Positions 9,841 to 20,066 of a DNA stretch of 64,000 nucleotides are shown in pieces. The position numbers and the translations under genes were made by a program. The stretch comes from an uncultured archaeon (GTDB lineage Archaea > Asgardarchaeota > Lokiarchaeia > Sigyniarchaeales > SOKP01): assembly GCA_964486045.1 (NCBI GenBank), contig CAZALK010000017.1:32001-96000 (forward strand), given 5' to 3'. Numbering within the stretch: position 1 is the first letter of the stretch; each line of letters starts with the position of its first letter. The notes under the pieces are model-generated. The model saw only the letters and a list, made by a program, of their open reading frames with translations. It had not been told where the DNA came from and ran no database searches.

Positions 9841-9929
9841 CGTTTTTATTATTTTTGTTAAAACTTAACAAAAAGTTATTTTGCTTTCTTTACTGTGCGT
9901 TTTTATTATTGACACCCAATTATGAAACG
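9841..9929 (+). terminator. Candidate attenuator/terminator: U-tracts, perfect 10-bp inverted repeat, 13-nt direct repeat
   Basis: TTTTTGTTAA-AAC-TTAACAAAAA (9852-9874) followed by a T-rich run; CGTTTTTATTATT at 9841-9853 and 9898-9910. Confidence 0.5.
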
Positions 9930-9961
9930 AAACACAAAAAAAGAGTAAAACATGGAGTAGT

Positions 9962-11032
9962 TTGTTTAAAATGTCAGAAGCACATGAAAAAATAATTGAT
10001 GCAATAAAAAAAATATCTCAAAATGAAAGTCTATCAACTACGGAAGCAGAAGATGTTATGAGTGAGATAATGTCTGGAAAGGCAAAAGATTCTCAATTAG
10101 GTGCCTTATTAACTGCTTTAGTAATGAAGGGTGAAACAATTGAAGAAATTACGGGTTTTGCAAGAATAATGCGAGAATTCGCAAATGTTATTAAACCAAG
10201 TGTCGACAGTGAATTATTAGACACTTGTGGGACTGGGGGAGATAAAATAAAAACCTTTAACATAAGTACCATTTCAGCTTTAGTAGTAGCAGGAGCTGGT
10301 GTTTCTGTAGCAAAACATGGGAACCGAGCCGTGACTAGTAAATGTGGAAGTGCTGACTTATTAGAAGGATTAGGTGTAAAGATAGATTTACCACCTGAGG
10401 ATGTTAAGAATTGTATTGAGAAAATAGGATTAGGATTTATGTTTGCTCCTCTTTTTCATCCTGCAATGAAGTATGTAATGCCAACTAGAAGAGCTCTAAA
10501 GATAAGAACTGTATTCAATATACTAGGACCTTTAACTAATCCTGCTAATGCTAAATATCATGTGTTAGGTGTATTTCGTAAGGATTTGGCACCCGTTATG
10601 GCAAAAGTATTACAAGATCTAGGAGCAAAGCATGTTTATACGATACATAACTCTTGCGGTATTGATGAATTAGCGCCAGTGGGAATAAATTATATAACTG
10701 AATCGTATAATGGAAATATGGAAACCTATGCAATTACTAATAAAGATTTTAAAATCCCAGATTGCTCCGTAAATGATTTACTAGCAGGAAATCTTGATGA
10801 TAATATTAGAATTGCTTTAAAAATATTAAAAAAACCAGATTTTAAAGCTAAGTATAATACAATTCTGATGAATGTAGCTTTAGCGTTAAAATGTGGGGGC
10901 ATTGCGACTGACTTTGAAGAAGGTATATCAATCGCTAAAAACACGATAGAGTCAGGTAAAGCTTTCGAAAAGCTTGAAAGTTTCATTGAAATTACTGGTG
11001 GGAATAATAATAAATTGAAGAGTTATTTATAG
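9962..11032 (+). CDS. trpD: Anthranilate phosphoribosyltransferase (start may be ATG 9971)
   Basis: DTCGTGGD, FNIST, KHGNRAVTSKCGSAD, RTVFNILGPLTNPA. Confidence 0.97.
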   Translation: MFKMSEAHEKIIDAIKKISQNESLSTTEAEDVMSEIMSGKAKDSQLGALLTALVMKGETIEEITGFARIMREFANVIKPSVDSELLDTCGTGGDKIKTFNISTISALVVAGAGVSVAKHGNRAVTSKCGSADLLEGLGVKIDLPPEDVKNCIEKIGLGFMFAPLFHPAMKYVMPTRRALKIRTVFNILGPLTNPANAKYHVLGVFRKDLAPVMAKVLQDLGAKHVYTIHNSCGIDELAPVGINYITESYNGNMETYAITNKDFKIPDCSVNDLLAGNLDDNIRIALKILKKPDFKAKYNTILMNVALALKCGGIATDFEEGISIAKNTIESGKAFEKLESFIEITGGNNNKLKSYL

Positions 11033-11047
11033 GCTTGGAAATAAAAA

Positions 11048-11845
11048 ATGATCTCCAATAAAATTATCGAGATAGTTGAAAAACGGAAAAATTCCATTGA
11101 AAAAGACTTGATTTTTATGGAATCTATAAAAGGTAAAAGTCTTAGGGATAATCGAAAATCTTTAAGCGAAACCATCAAAAATAATTCCGAAACATCAATA
11201 ATATCAGAAATTAAGCTATCTTCACCTACTTTGGGAGATATTCGAAAATCTTTTAATATAAAATCAATAGCGATGGAAATGGAGAGTTCGGGGGTGATTG
11301 GATTGAGCGTTTTAACCGAACCTAATTATTTTAATGGATCATATGAAAATCTAAGGTTAGCTGTATTGAATACAAAATTACCTTGTTTAATGAAAGATTT
11401 TGTTGTTACTCCTATTCAATTCAAGATCGCTGCACAGATTGGAGCAACTAATATTCTTTTAATTAACTCAATTTGTAATATTAAGGAGATGTATAAGTTA
11501 GCTATTGATCATGATCTAGAACCTGTAATAGAAATTCATGCAGTGGAAGAAATAATCGATATTAGAGAATTATTTGATATGGGCTACGAACCTAAACTGA
11601 TTGGAGTTAATAATCGAAACCTGAAGACCTTGAATATTAATTTGAGGATCTCAAAAGAGATTATACCAAAATTAAAGGAAGAATTTGGAGAAAAAACCCA
11701 AATCATCTGTGAAAGTGGGATAAATTCTATTGAAGATATTAATTTTATAAAACCTACAGGTGCTAATGCTTTTCTAATAGGGTCATCAATCATGCAATCT
11801 AACAATATTAAGAAAAAAATTTTAGAATTACGTGGGGTAAATTGA
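11048..11845 (+). CDS. trpC: Indole-3-glycerol phosphate synthase
   Basis: IISEIKLSSPT, LSVLTEPNYFNGS, KDFVV, GVNNRNL, ESGI. Confidence 0.95.
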   Translation: MISNKIIEIVEKRKNSIEKDLIFMESIKGKSLRDNRKSLSETIKNNSETSIISEIKLSSPTLGDIRKSFNIKSIAMEMESSGVIGLSVLTEPNYFNGSYENLRLAVLNTKLPCLMKDFVVTPIQFKIAAQIGATNILLINSICNIKEMYKLAIDHDLEPVIEIHAVEEIIDIRELFDMGYEPKLIGVNNRNLKTLNINLRISKEIIPKLKEEFGEKTQIICESGINSIEDINFIKPTGANAFLIGSSIMQSNNIKKKILELRGVN

Positions 11846-12498
11846 TTGAATACGTAAAAATCTGTGGGTTAAAGAAGTACGAACATGTGCTACTTTGCAT
11901 AGAAAATGGTGCAGATGCGGTAGGATTTATATATGATGTTCCTGAATCTCCGAGAAACTTACAAAATATGGAGTTAAAGGCTCTTTTAAAAAAAATAAAA
12001 AATAAAATTTCAACTGTAATTGTGCTTAAACCATCGAGTATTCATGAATTAGAAGAAATAATTGATGATTTCGATGCATCCTATTTTCAAATTCATATTA
12101 ATTTTGATGAAAATGAGTTAGAAAAACTCTCATTAGAGCATAAAAGGAAAGTGATCCTCGCACTAAAAGTTAATCAAGCAAATAAAGATTCAACAATGAA
12201 GCTGATAAATAATCTAAATAATAAGGTTTTCGCATTTCTTATTGACAATAGTGAGGGTCAAGGTAATGAATTAGATTTTGAAATTGTTAAGAAAATTATA
12301 AGACAAAACTCTGATAAAAGGATAATAGTTGCTGGGGGAATCAGCATTGAAAATGTTGGAGAAGTAATAGATGTGTTAAAACCCTACGGAATTGATATAA
12401 GTAGCTCTTTAGAATTTGAGGTAGGTGTTAAGGATCCTAATAGGATTAAATTTATTTTAACTAAAATTAATAATTTAAAAAAAAATTTGAGTGATTAG
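11842..12498 (+). CDS. trpF: Phosphoribosylanthranilate isomerase
   Basis: [36 protein letters not shown]. Confidence 0.93.
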   Translation: MIEYVKICGLKKYEHVLLCIENGADAVGFIYDVPESPRNLQNMELKALLKKIKNKISTVIVLKPSSIHELEEIIDDFDASYFQIHINFDENELEKLSLEHKRKVILALKVNQANKDSTMKLINNLNNKVFAFLIDNSEGQGNELDFEIVKKIIRQNSDKRIIVAGGISIENVGEVIDVLKPYGIDISSSLEFEVGVKDPNRIKFILTKINNLKKNLSD

Positions 12499-12503
12499 AA
12501 ATA

Positions 12504-13706
12504 ATGGACTACATTGGAAACTATCCAAATGAATTAGGAAAGTTTGGGGAATTTGGTGGTATGTTTGCCCCTGAAATTTTAATGCCTGCACTTACTGAAC
12601 TCACTGAAGCCTTCAATAGATATGGAAGAGATAAAGATTTTCAAGAGGAATTTGAGACAATTCTAAGAGACTATAGTGGAAGACCAACACCTTTATATTA
12701 CGCCTTAAGATTAAGTGAAGATATGGGTTGTAAGGTTTATTTAAAACGGGAGGATTTAAATCATGGTGGTGCACACAAGATTAATAATGTTATGGGGCAA
12801 GCACTCCTAGCAAAGAAAATGGGAAAATCGAAACTCATAGCAGAAACAGGAGCAGGGCAACATGGATTTGCAACGGCAATAGCAGGTGCATATTTTGGAA
12901 TGGAGACCAAAGTATTTATGGGTGAAATAGATATTAAAAGGCAAGCCTACAATGTTTATAGAATGCAACTGCTTGGAGCTGAAGTGGTTCCTGTCAAGTC
13001 TGGTTCAAGAACGTTAAAGGATGCCGTAAATGAGGGTCTTAGGTATTGGATCGCCAATGTGGAAGATACACATTATTTATTGGGGAGTGTAGTAGGTCCT
13101 CATCCTTACCCCTTGATGGTACGAGAATTTCAGAGAGTCATTGGTAAAGAAACTAGAATACAAATTATAGAACATGAGGGGAAATTACCTTCAGCCATTA
13201 TTGCTTGCATTGGTGGGGGAAGTAATGCCATTGGTATAATGTTTGATTTCATTAATGACAATAATGTTCAATTAATAGGTGTTGAAGCTGCAGGAGAAGG
13301 AAAACACACTGAGAAACATTCAATGGCTTTGGGTTTGGGACGTAAGGGTGTACTTCATGGATCATTGATGTATCTACTACAGAATGAATACGGAAACATC
13401 TTAGAAACACACTCAATAAGCGCGGGGTTAGATTATCCTGGAGTCGGTCCAGAACACTGCTATCTGAAAGATGTAAATAGATTAAGAGTTGGAGAAGCTA
13501 CAGATAAAGAGACTCTTGAAGCTTTTAGAAAATTAAGCTTGAAAGAAGGTATTATTCCTGCTCTCGAAAGCTCTCATGCTCTTGCATATTTAGATAAAAT
13601 AAAAGATGAATTTAAGGAAGACGATATCATTGTGGTTAATTTATCGGGAAGCGGTTCGAAAGATTTGGATATAATTAAAAAACATATGGAGTTCAAAACG
13701 CAATGA
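12504..13706 (+). CDS. trpB: Tryptophan synthase beta chain (TrpB1 type)
   Basis: [55 protein letters not shown]. Confidence 0.98.
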   Translation: MDYIGNYPNELGKFGEFGGMFAPEILMPALTELTEAFNRYGRDKDFQEEFETILRDYSGRPTPLYYALRLSEDMGCKVYLKREDLNHGGAHKINNVMGQALLAKKMGKSKLIAETGAGQHGFATAIAGAYFGMETKVFMGEIDIKRQAYNVYRMQLLGAEVVPVKSGSRTLKDAVNEGLRYWIANVEDTHYLLGSVVGPHPYPLMVREFQRVIGKETRIQIIEHEGKLPSAIIACIGGGSNAIGIMFDFINDNNVQLIGVEAAGEGKHTEKHSMALGLGRKGVLHGSLMYLLQNEYGNILETHSISAGLDYPGVGPEHCYLKDVNRLRVGEATDKETLEAFRKLSLKEGIIPALESSHALAYLDKIKDEFKEDDIIVVNLSGSGSKDLDIIKKHMEFKTQ

Positions 13707-14533
13707 ATGGTCCAAATAGGCTTCAAAAATTATTTAATGGCAATAAACATAAAGACGAAAAGTTTTTCATGCCATTTTTAGTTGCAGGGGATCCAGATAT
13801 TCATCAATTCAAGAAACTTGCTGAAAAAATAGAACCATTTGCAGATATTCTTGAAATTGGAATTCCTTTTAGTGACCCAATTGCTGATGGTCCAACTATC
13901 CAGGAAGCAAATATTAGAGCATTTAGCTCAGGGATTAATACGCATATAGCTATTGAAGCTATAGCCGATCTAAGAGGGATTACAGAAAAACCTATAGTCA
14001 TTTTAACATATTACAATATCTTAATACAAGGAGCCGATTCTTTAGAGAAATCATTGGATAACACAATCAAAAAGTTAAAAGAAAGCGGTGTTGACGGGAT
14101 TGTTATTGGAGATCTCCCGATTGAGGAAGCTGACCTGACTTTAGAAGCTTGTGAGAAATATGACGTTTTCCTTATCTTTTTAGTAGCTCCATCTACAACT
14201 GAAGATAGGTTAAAAAAAATATTAAAGGTAGCAAAAGGCTTTATATATTTAATATCAGTAATGGGAGTAACTGGGGAGAGAGATGCAGTTTCCCAAATTA
14301 CAAAAGATTTAATCAATAATGTGAAGCAAAAAACTGACAAATTACTCCCAATTTTCGTCGGATTCGGTATTTCTAAACCCGAGCATGCTAAAATAATTGT
14401 GGATGCTGGAGCAGATGGTATCATTATTGGTTCTGCGATTGTAAACATAATTAAGAAAAACATAAACAATTCAAAAAAATTAGAGCAAGAGATAGTGGAA
14501 TTTGCTTCAAGTATTAAAAAAGCTATTAATTAA
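13703..14533 (+). CDS. trpA: Tryptophan synthase alpha chain
   Basis: [41 protein letters not shown]. Confidence 0.97.
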   Translation: MNGPNRLQKLFNGNKHKDEKFFMPFLVAGDPDIHQFKKLAEKIEPFADILEIGIPFSDPIADGPTIQEANIRAFSSGINTHIAIEAIADLRGITEKPIVILTYYNILIQGADSLEKSLDNTIKKLKESGVDGIVIGDLPIEEADLTLEACEKYDVFLIFLVAPSTTEDRLKKILKVAKGFIYLISVMGVTGERDAVSQITKDLINNVKQKTDKLLPIFVGFGISKPEHAKIIVDAGADGIIIGSAIVNIIKKNINNSKKLEQEIVEFASSIKKAIN

Positions 14534-14562
14534 GACTAAATTATTGAATAGAGAGGAGAAAA

Positions 14563-16059
14563 ATGGATTTTGATATACATATAGAAAAGATTGGAGAATT
14601 AGATAACATTTTTACATTTTATAAGTATTTAGTTAAAAGATATGACCTGAAAAAACATGCTTTATTAGAATCTACATCAGCAAATACCAGAGAAACTCTC
14701 TACAGCTTTATAGCTATGGAACCTGATTTTATGTTGGAGGTTAACGGTGAGAATTTTAAGATTTATGATATAACTACAGAGAGAGGAGAAGTTATTAAAG
14801 AGTATGTTGAATCTAAAGATCCTTCACAAGAACGACCATATAATCCATTACCATTTAAGGACAATGTTAAATATAACATGGTAGCCCTTGACACTCTGAG
14901 TTCTCTTACACCATATTCTACTTTACCCTTTACAGAGCTATTTCCAAGAAATATTTTTTATGGTGGAATGCTTGGTTATATTGGATATGATGTAGTTGCT
15001 CCATATGTTGGGTATAAATCCTCTAGTGAATTTCCCGACATTCTTATGGCGCTCTTTACCAAAGTATTGGTATATTCACATAGCTCGAATGCATTATTTA
15101 TGATTGATAACAGCATTGATGATTATTCAAAAGACAAAGATATCAGATATCAGTTAAGCCTCTTTAAAAAACATGGCACTCCAGATGATTGTAAAGAAAT
15201 TTCAATGGATATTGACGAAATTGATGAATCTGGTTTTAGATCAAATACGTCTAAATCGGCCCATGGTAGAATGATTGAAAAAACTAAAGAACATATTTAT
15301 AATGGGGATATAATACAAGCTGTCATTTCTCGAAGATTGTATACTGAGAGTAAGGTTGACCCAATGGTAATTTATGAAGTACTCAGAGTCCTTAATCCGT
15401 CGCAGTATATGTATAACATCAATTTTAATGATGTGAAGATAATTGGAAGTAGCCCAGAAGCGTTAATTTCTAAGAATAAGGATGTTTTGAGCACGGTACC
15501 GATTGCAGGAACTATTCGGAGAGGCAAAACACAAAAAGAAGACTTGGAACTGGAAAGAGAGTTGCTTGATGATCCTAAGGAGCAAGCGGAACACATTATG
15601 CTGGTTGATTTAGCCCGAAATGATCTCGCAAAAGTTTCATACCCCGGAACTGTTGATACCTATGAGTTAATGACCATTCAGAAATATCAGAAAGTTCAAC
15701 ATATAGTAAGTAAAGTCCAGAGCAAGACTCCTCTAGATGGGTATCAAGTTTTAAAGAGTATTTTTCCTGCGGGAACGCTCTCTGGCGCGCCCAAACTGAG
15801 AGCAATGCAAATAATTCAAGAATTAGAGACAGAATCGAGGGGACCATATGGGGGAGGTGTAGGATATTTTAGTTTCAATGGTGATATGGCGTTTGCAATA
15901 GCGATCAGAACGATGTTTGGGAGAAATGGAACATATTTTGCTCAAGCTGGTGGGGGTATTGTATCAGATAGTCAACCAGATGATGAATTCCGGGAGACTC
16001 ACAACAAATTGTATAGTGTATTAAAATCAATCAAAATAGCGGAGGCAAGAGAGAATTGA
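14563..16059 (+). CDS. trpE: Anthranilate synthase component I
   Basis: LLES, NPSQYM, PIAGTIRRG, AEHIMLVDLARND, FPAGTLSGAPKLRAM; operon context. Confidence 0.95.
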   Translation: MDFDIHIEKIGELDNIFTFYKYLVKRYDLKKHALLESTSANTRETLYSFIAMEPDFMLEVNGENFKIYDITTERGEVIKEYVESKDPSQERPYNPLPFKDNVKYNMVALDTLSSLTPYSTLPFTELFPRNIFYGGMLGYIGYDVVAPYVGYKSSSEFPDILMALFTKVLVYSHSSNALFMIDNSIDDYSKDKDIRYQLSLFKKHGTPDDCKEISMDIDEIDESGFRSNTSKSAHGRMIEKTKEHIYNGDIIQAVISRRLYTESKVDPMVIYEVLRVLNPSQYMYNINFNDVKIIGSSPEALISKNKDVLSTVPIAGTIRRGKTQKEDLELERELLDDPKEQAEHIMLVDLARNDLAKVSYPGTVDTYELMTIQKYQKVQHIVSKVQSKTPLDGYQVLKSIFPAGTLSGAPKLRAMQIIQELETESRGPYGGGVGYFSFNGDMAFAIAIRTMFGRNGTYFAQAGGGIVSDSQPDDEFRETHNKLYSVLKSIKIAEAREN

Positions 16060-16685
16060 ATATATTATTTATTAACAATTATGATAGTTTTGTTTATAAT
16101 TTGGTGAATTATATATGCCAATTAGAATCAGACTCTAATATTATCGTTGAGGACCATAATATAACTATTGATAAAGTAAGAAGTTTAAACCCCAATAAAA
16201 TTATTATTTCACCCGGACCAGGCCATCCTAAATATGAAACCGGTAATGTAATTCCGATAATTAAGGAGTTCTGCGATAAAATACCAATTCTAGGGATATG
16301 TTTAGGACATCAGACAATAATTGAATCATTTGGAGAAGATCAAGATTTAGAATATGTAGGACTAGCGAAAGTAGGTCCAATGCACGGAAAACAATCAAAT
16401 ATATTCCATGACCAAAAAACGATCTTCAAAGATATTCCAAATCCACTACAAGTTATTAGATATCATTCACTGGCTGCCAAAGAGAGTACACTCCCTCAAG
16501 ATCTTAAGATTACGGCTACTGCGGATGACGGAACAATCATAGCAGTTAGACACAAACAATACCCCGTTGAAGGAGTTCAATTTCATCCCGAATCGATAAA
16601 AATGAAGCCCCATGGAATGCAAATATTGAAAAATTTCTTAGAAATTTCCTCGAATAAAGACATTAGAAATCAGAATTTATCATAA
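16056..16685 (+). CDS. trpG: Anthranilate synthase component II (glutamine amidotransferase)
   Basis: NYDSFVYNL, ISPGPGHP, GICLGHQ, RYHSL, GVQFHPES. Confidence 0.95.
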   Translation: MNILFINNYDSFVYNLVNYICQLESDSNIIVEDHNITIDKVRSLNPNKIIISPGPGHPKYETGNVIPIIKEFCDKIPILGICLGHQTIIESFGEDQDLEYVGLAKVGPMHGKQSNIFHDQKTIFKDIPNPLQVIRYHSLAAKESTLPQDLKITATADDGTIIAVRHKQYPVEGVQFHPESIKMKPHGMQILKNFLEISSNKDIRNQNLS

Positions 16686-16726
16686 TAAAAGGATTTAAAT
16701 ATTATTTTTAGCTTCATATATTTGAT

Positions 16727-17938
16727 ATGGCTGAATTAAGGTACTTCTTTGCTTATGAACTGGAAGATACAGGGGAACGGAAAGAAATTTTTTTCTCTGA
16801 GAAGGATTTAGCACAGTATCTTTATCCAGAGCAAGTCTTAGTGCTAGTTCGAGAAGATTTAAGGAGAATCTTCATCTGGAAAGGCGCCAAATCACCGATA
16901 AACAAGAGATTTATAAGTTCTAGAATAGCTCGAGATTTGCAACAAGATTTAATGAAGGATGCTCGTTATCATCGATGTAAAATTGTATCTGTTGACCAAG
17001 GAGATGAAATTCAAGAATTTCTTGATATTTTTAACCTAAAATCAATGGAAGTTAAAGAAAGATTAGCGGACATGAGATATGTACTTAATAGGGATAAAGA
17101 GGTGATTGAAAAAAAGGTAGTATACCCAGAAAAGAAAGAATATAGGATTAATAAACATCTAACGCTAAAATTAATAGAGGGACAAACTGAAATTTATATT
17201 GATGAGAAACCCTTTCATCAATGCAAATATCTCCTACTTAATCTCACTCAAAAAGATTTTGCTAAGTTTGATCACATTGACTCAATTGATGAAGCGTTTG
17301 AGATATATAACAAGATGGATAAAAATCATGAAGGAGATCATGATCTAATTGATCCTGAATCTGAATTTATTGGTCATTGCTCTAATCTCCAAGCATGGTA
17401 TGAACATGACTATAATCTAAGAATTCTGCACAGCAGCTTGTCCATCCCCTTACTCAAAAAAATGGCGTTCTTAGGAGATAAAAAGGCCATTATTAAATTA
17501 AAAGAAAGCATTGCAACTAGGATTGCATCAAGACATTATAATACCATTATTTTTTACTTGAATGAAAAATACCTTAGATTATTTTCAAACGAGGAATTGG
17601 AAGTAATGTTTGAAGATTGGCTTGACAAAAACGTTGAATTCGCTTTCATGGAGAAAAGAAGGTTATGGTATCCTCTTCTTAAAGAATTGATTGATAGGGG
17701 AATTACCAGGGCACAGAAAATCATTAAAAAAGAAATCGTTTTATATCTAATAGAAGACAATTTTGAGGCCTATCGATATTTATTGAATAGTGATTTTATC
17801 AAGCTCATTAACTTAGAAGATCTTGAGGAAGTCTATGAACTAATTCCAAAAAAAGATATGGTTGCATTAAGACGAATTGAAAATCTAATTCTCAAAGCCA
17901 CACTTAAAGAGAGAAGAAATTTAAAAGAAGAAAATTGA
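16727..17938 (+). CDS. Gelsolin-like domain fused to a Lokiarchaeia-type C/H-motif domain and a helical region
   Basis: VLVLVREDLRRIFIWKGAKS...VDQGDEIQEF is gelsolin-repeat-like; then QCKYLLL...SIDEA...EFIGHCSNLQAW. Confidence 0.65.
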   Translation: MAELRYFFAYELEDTGERKEIFFSEKDLAQYLYPEQVLVLVREDLRRIFIWKGAKSPINKRFISSRIARDLQQDLMKDARYHRCKIVSVDQGDEIQEFLDIFNLKSMEVKERLADMRYVLNRDKEVIEKKVVYPEKKEYRINKHLTLKLIEGQTEIYIDEKPFHQCKYLLLNLTQKDFAKFDHIDSIDEAFEIYNKMDKNHEGDHDLIDPESEFIGHCSNLQAWYEHDYNLRILHSSLSIPLLKKMAFLGDKKAIIKLKESIATRIASRHYNTIIFYLNEKYLRLFSNEELEVMFEDWLDKNVEFAFMEKRRLWYPLLKELIDRGITRAQKIIKKEIVLYLIEDNFEAYRYLLNSDFIKLINLEDLEEVYELIPKKDMVALRRIENLILKATLKERRNLKEEN

Positions 17939-18061
17939 ATTAAAAGTATTGATTCTCCTCAATAAGTAATTTCCCTTCAAATGTTCGAAAATCTTCATAG
18001 ACCGAGAAATCTTTAGAATTATTATCTAGGAAAATTGTGAAGAAAAACCAAATAATTATGC

Positions 18062-19009
18062 CTAAATTGTTAGGATACGTCCATAACCTCGTTTCATCCT
18101 GATTAATTGTTGGGTTACGATATCAAAATCAAATTGAATATTCATTGCTCTTCCACGCATCATTGGTTCTATAAAAAAAAATCTAACCGTAAATGTTCTA
18201 TCGTTTTTAGTAAATATCGGTAAAGGGGTCCATTTTGCAAAGTAATAATTCTCAGAAAATGATTCTCTTCCCTTTTGGAAGAATATCATCTCTTGAGAAC
18301 TTAGGACAGATTGTTTATTATAAATAATATTCTTTTTTGAGAAAAGAGATTTTTTTCTAAGATCTAACGAAATTTCATTTCCAGCAATTTTAACCTCATA
18401 TACTATGAAATAAAAGGGTAACACTCCTGGAAAATATTTCTCATTTTCATTAAGATTTGAAGTTACCAATAATTTTGTAGCTATTCGAATGAGATAATAC
18501 ATTAAATAAAAGTAAGTATAGATATTAATAACTGCCATGAAAGTATAGAAGGTTACAGAAGCATTAAAGAGCGAGATTAGAAGAATAATCAATATAACGG
18601 AATTCAACATTGTGAATTGACTACCTGCTTTTTCTACATAAAAACTAAGTTCCTTTTTAGAAAGGGGATATAAATATGGAATTTCTGTAGTCGTAAGTAT
18701 GTCCAATGAGACATGTAACCCATAAAAGATTATTCCGATAACCCAATTAATAAGGAATGGGCGTTGTGTTAGTGATGAGATTATAATACTTATAACGAAT
18801 GATACTATTACACCTGTTATATATGAATGGGATCCTCCACGATGTTCAAGGTAATTTGACTTGAAAAACTTTTTCAGTGGCATTATGAATATATCCAAAT
18901 CAGGTAAAACAGCAAAAAACATTGCTAGTACTATGTAATCATATGTAATTTCCTTTAAGAAGAGGAGATACATGAGTGCCCCAAAAACTATATGTGTGAA
19001 AAAATCCAT
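18062..19009 (-). CDS. Membrane-bound metal-dependent hydrolase (YdjM/DUF457 family)
   Basis: MDFFTH, LPDLD, HRGGSHS, HVSLDILT. Confidence 0.85.
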   Translation of the reverse strand: MDFFTHIVFGALMYLLFLKEITYDYIVLAMFFAVLPDLDIFIMPLKKFFKSNYLEHRGGSHSYITGVIVSFVISIIISSLTQRPFLINWVIGIIFYGLHVSLDILTTTEIPYLYPLSKKELSFYVEKAGSQFTMLNSVILIILLISLFNASVTFYTFMAVINIYTYFYLMYYLIRIATKLLVTSNLNENEKYFPGVLPFYFIVYEVKIAGNEISLDLRKKSLFSKKNIIYNKQSVLSSQEMIFFQKGRESFSENYYFAKWTPLPIFTKNDRTFTVRFFFIEPMMRGRAMNIQFDFDIVTQQLIRMKRGYGRILTI

Positions 19010-19221
19010 AAGCAGAGTACTAAGTATTTATGTTTTAGATATATGAGTTAAATATTAACTTTTTTACTAGTTAAAATAATAATGAATAAGAGTAGGGGAT
19101 GTTAAGAATTTTGTTATGAGTGAAATATAAAAAATAAGTAAAAGCTTTATTCTCTTTTGATAAAAAGTACAAATATCTAAATATAAGAATATATTAGAAT
19201 TGATAAATTAGTCTACACTTA

Positions 19222-20049
19222 TTGTTTCAGATTATTCCTATGCAAGAAAACAGTAATATTACTATGGTTAACGCTTCTATTGGGCCAATAGAAGATAATA
19301 TTAAGACCGCTCTACAATCACACGGAGGTTTAAAGAATTTTATCTCAGAGGGGGATCAAGTGCTCTTGAAACCTAATTTTAACACAGGTGATCCCTTTCC
19401 CGCCAGCACAGATCCAGATTTCCTCCTTACAGTTGTTAAAATGGTTCTGAATTTCACAGCTAATGTGAGTATTATCGAATCCTCCATGTTCCGTTTAAAG
19501 ACGGAAGATGTCATTAATGGAATAATGGGAGATCGGTTAAAAAAATTAAATGTCCCTCTCATAACAGAACAAGATTTCACTTATAAGAAAATTGATCTAA
19601 AGTCACAGGGAGCAACTTATCTAAAGAATGTCAAGTTCCCAGAGCGGATTATTGATCCTGACATAAAAATTATCTTATTACCATGTCTTAAGACCCATTT
19701 CGTTGCTAATTACACAGGGGCATTGAAAATAGCTGTTGGTTTTATGGAAAGAAAACAACGTATACGATTACATATGAGCCGTACCGTGCCGGAAAAAGTC
19801 GCAGAAATTAATTTAGGATATAAACCACACTTAATAATTATGGATGCTAGGAAAATTTTTGTGACGAAAGGTCCAACAAAGGGTCAAATTGAATTACCTC
19901 AAAAGATATTGGTGGGAACGAACAGAACAGAAATGGATATTGAGGGTGTAAAGCTGATTCAGTCATATAAAGCCGACAATAAATTGCAAAACACTAAACC
20001 TCTAGATGTGCGCACTATTAAACGAGCTTTAGACCTGAAAATAATGTAA
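19222..20049 (+). CDS. DUF362 domain protein
   Basis: VLLKPNF, STDPDF, LPCLKTH..ANYTGALKIAVG, KGPTKG. Confidence 0.85.
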   Translation: MFQIIPMQENSNITMVNASIGPIEDNIKTALQSHGGLKNFISEGDQVLLKPNFNTGDPFPASTDPDFLLTVVKMVLNFTANVSIIESSMFRLKTEDVINGIMGDRLKKLNVPLITEQDFTYKKIDLKSQGATYLKNVKFPERIIDPDIKIILLPCLKTHFVANYTGALKIAVGFMERKQRIRLHMSRTVPEKVAEINLGYKPHLIIMDARKIFVTKGPTKGQIELPQKILVGTNRTEMDIEGVKLIQSYKADNKLQNTKPLDVRTIKRALDLKIM

Positions 20050-20066
20050 AGTTAAATAAAAGTTTA

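Noticed and set aside
9922-9960. Further mini-ORFs MKRNTKKE* (9922-9948) and ME* (9952-9960) before trpD
   Set aside because: No Trp codons and expected by chance; the second overlaps the GGAG SD. A role in reinitiation cannot be excluded but has no support.
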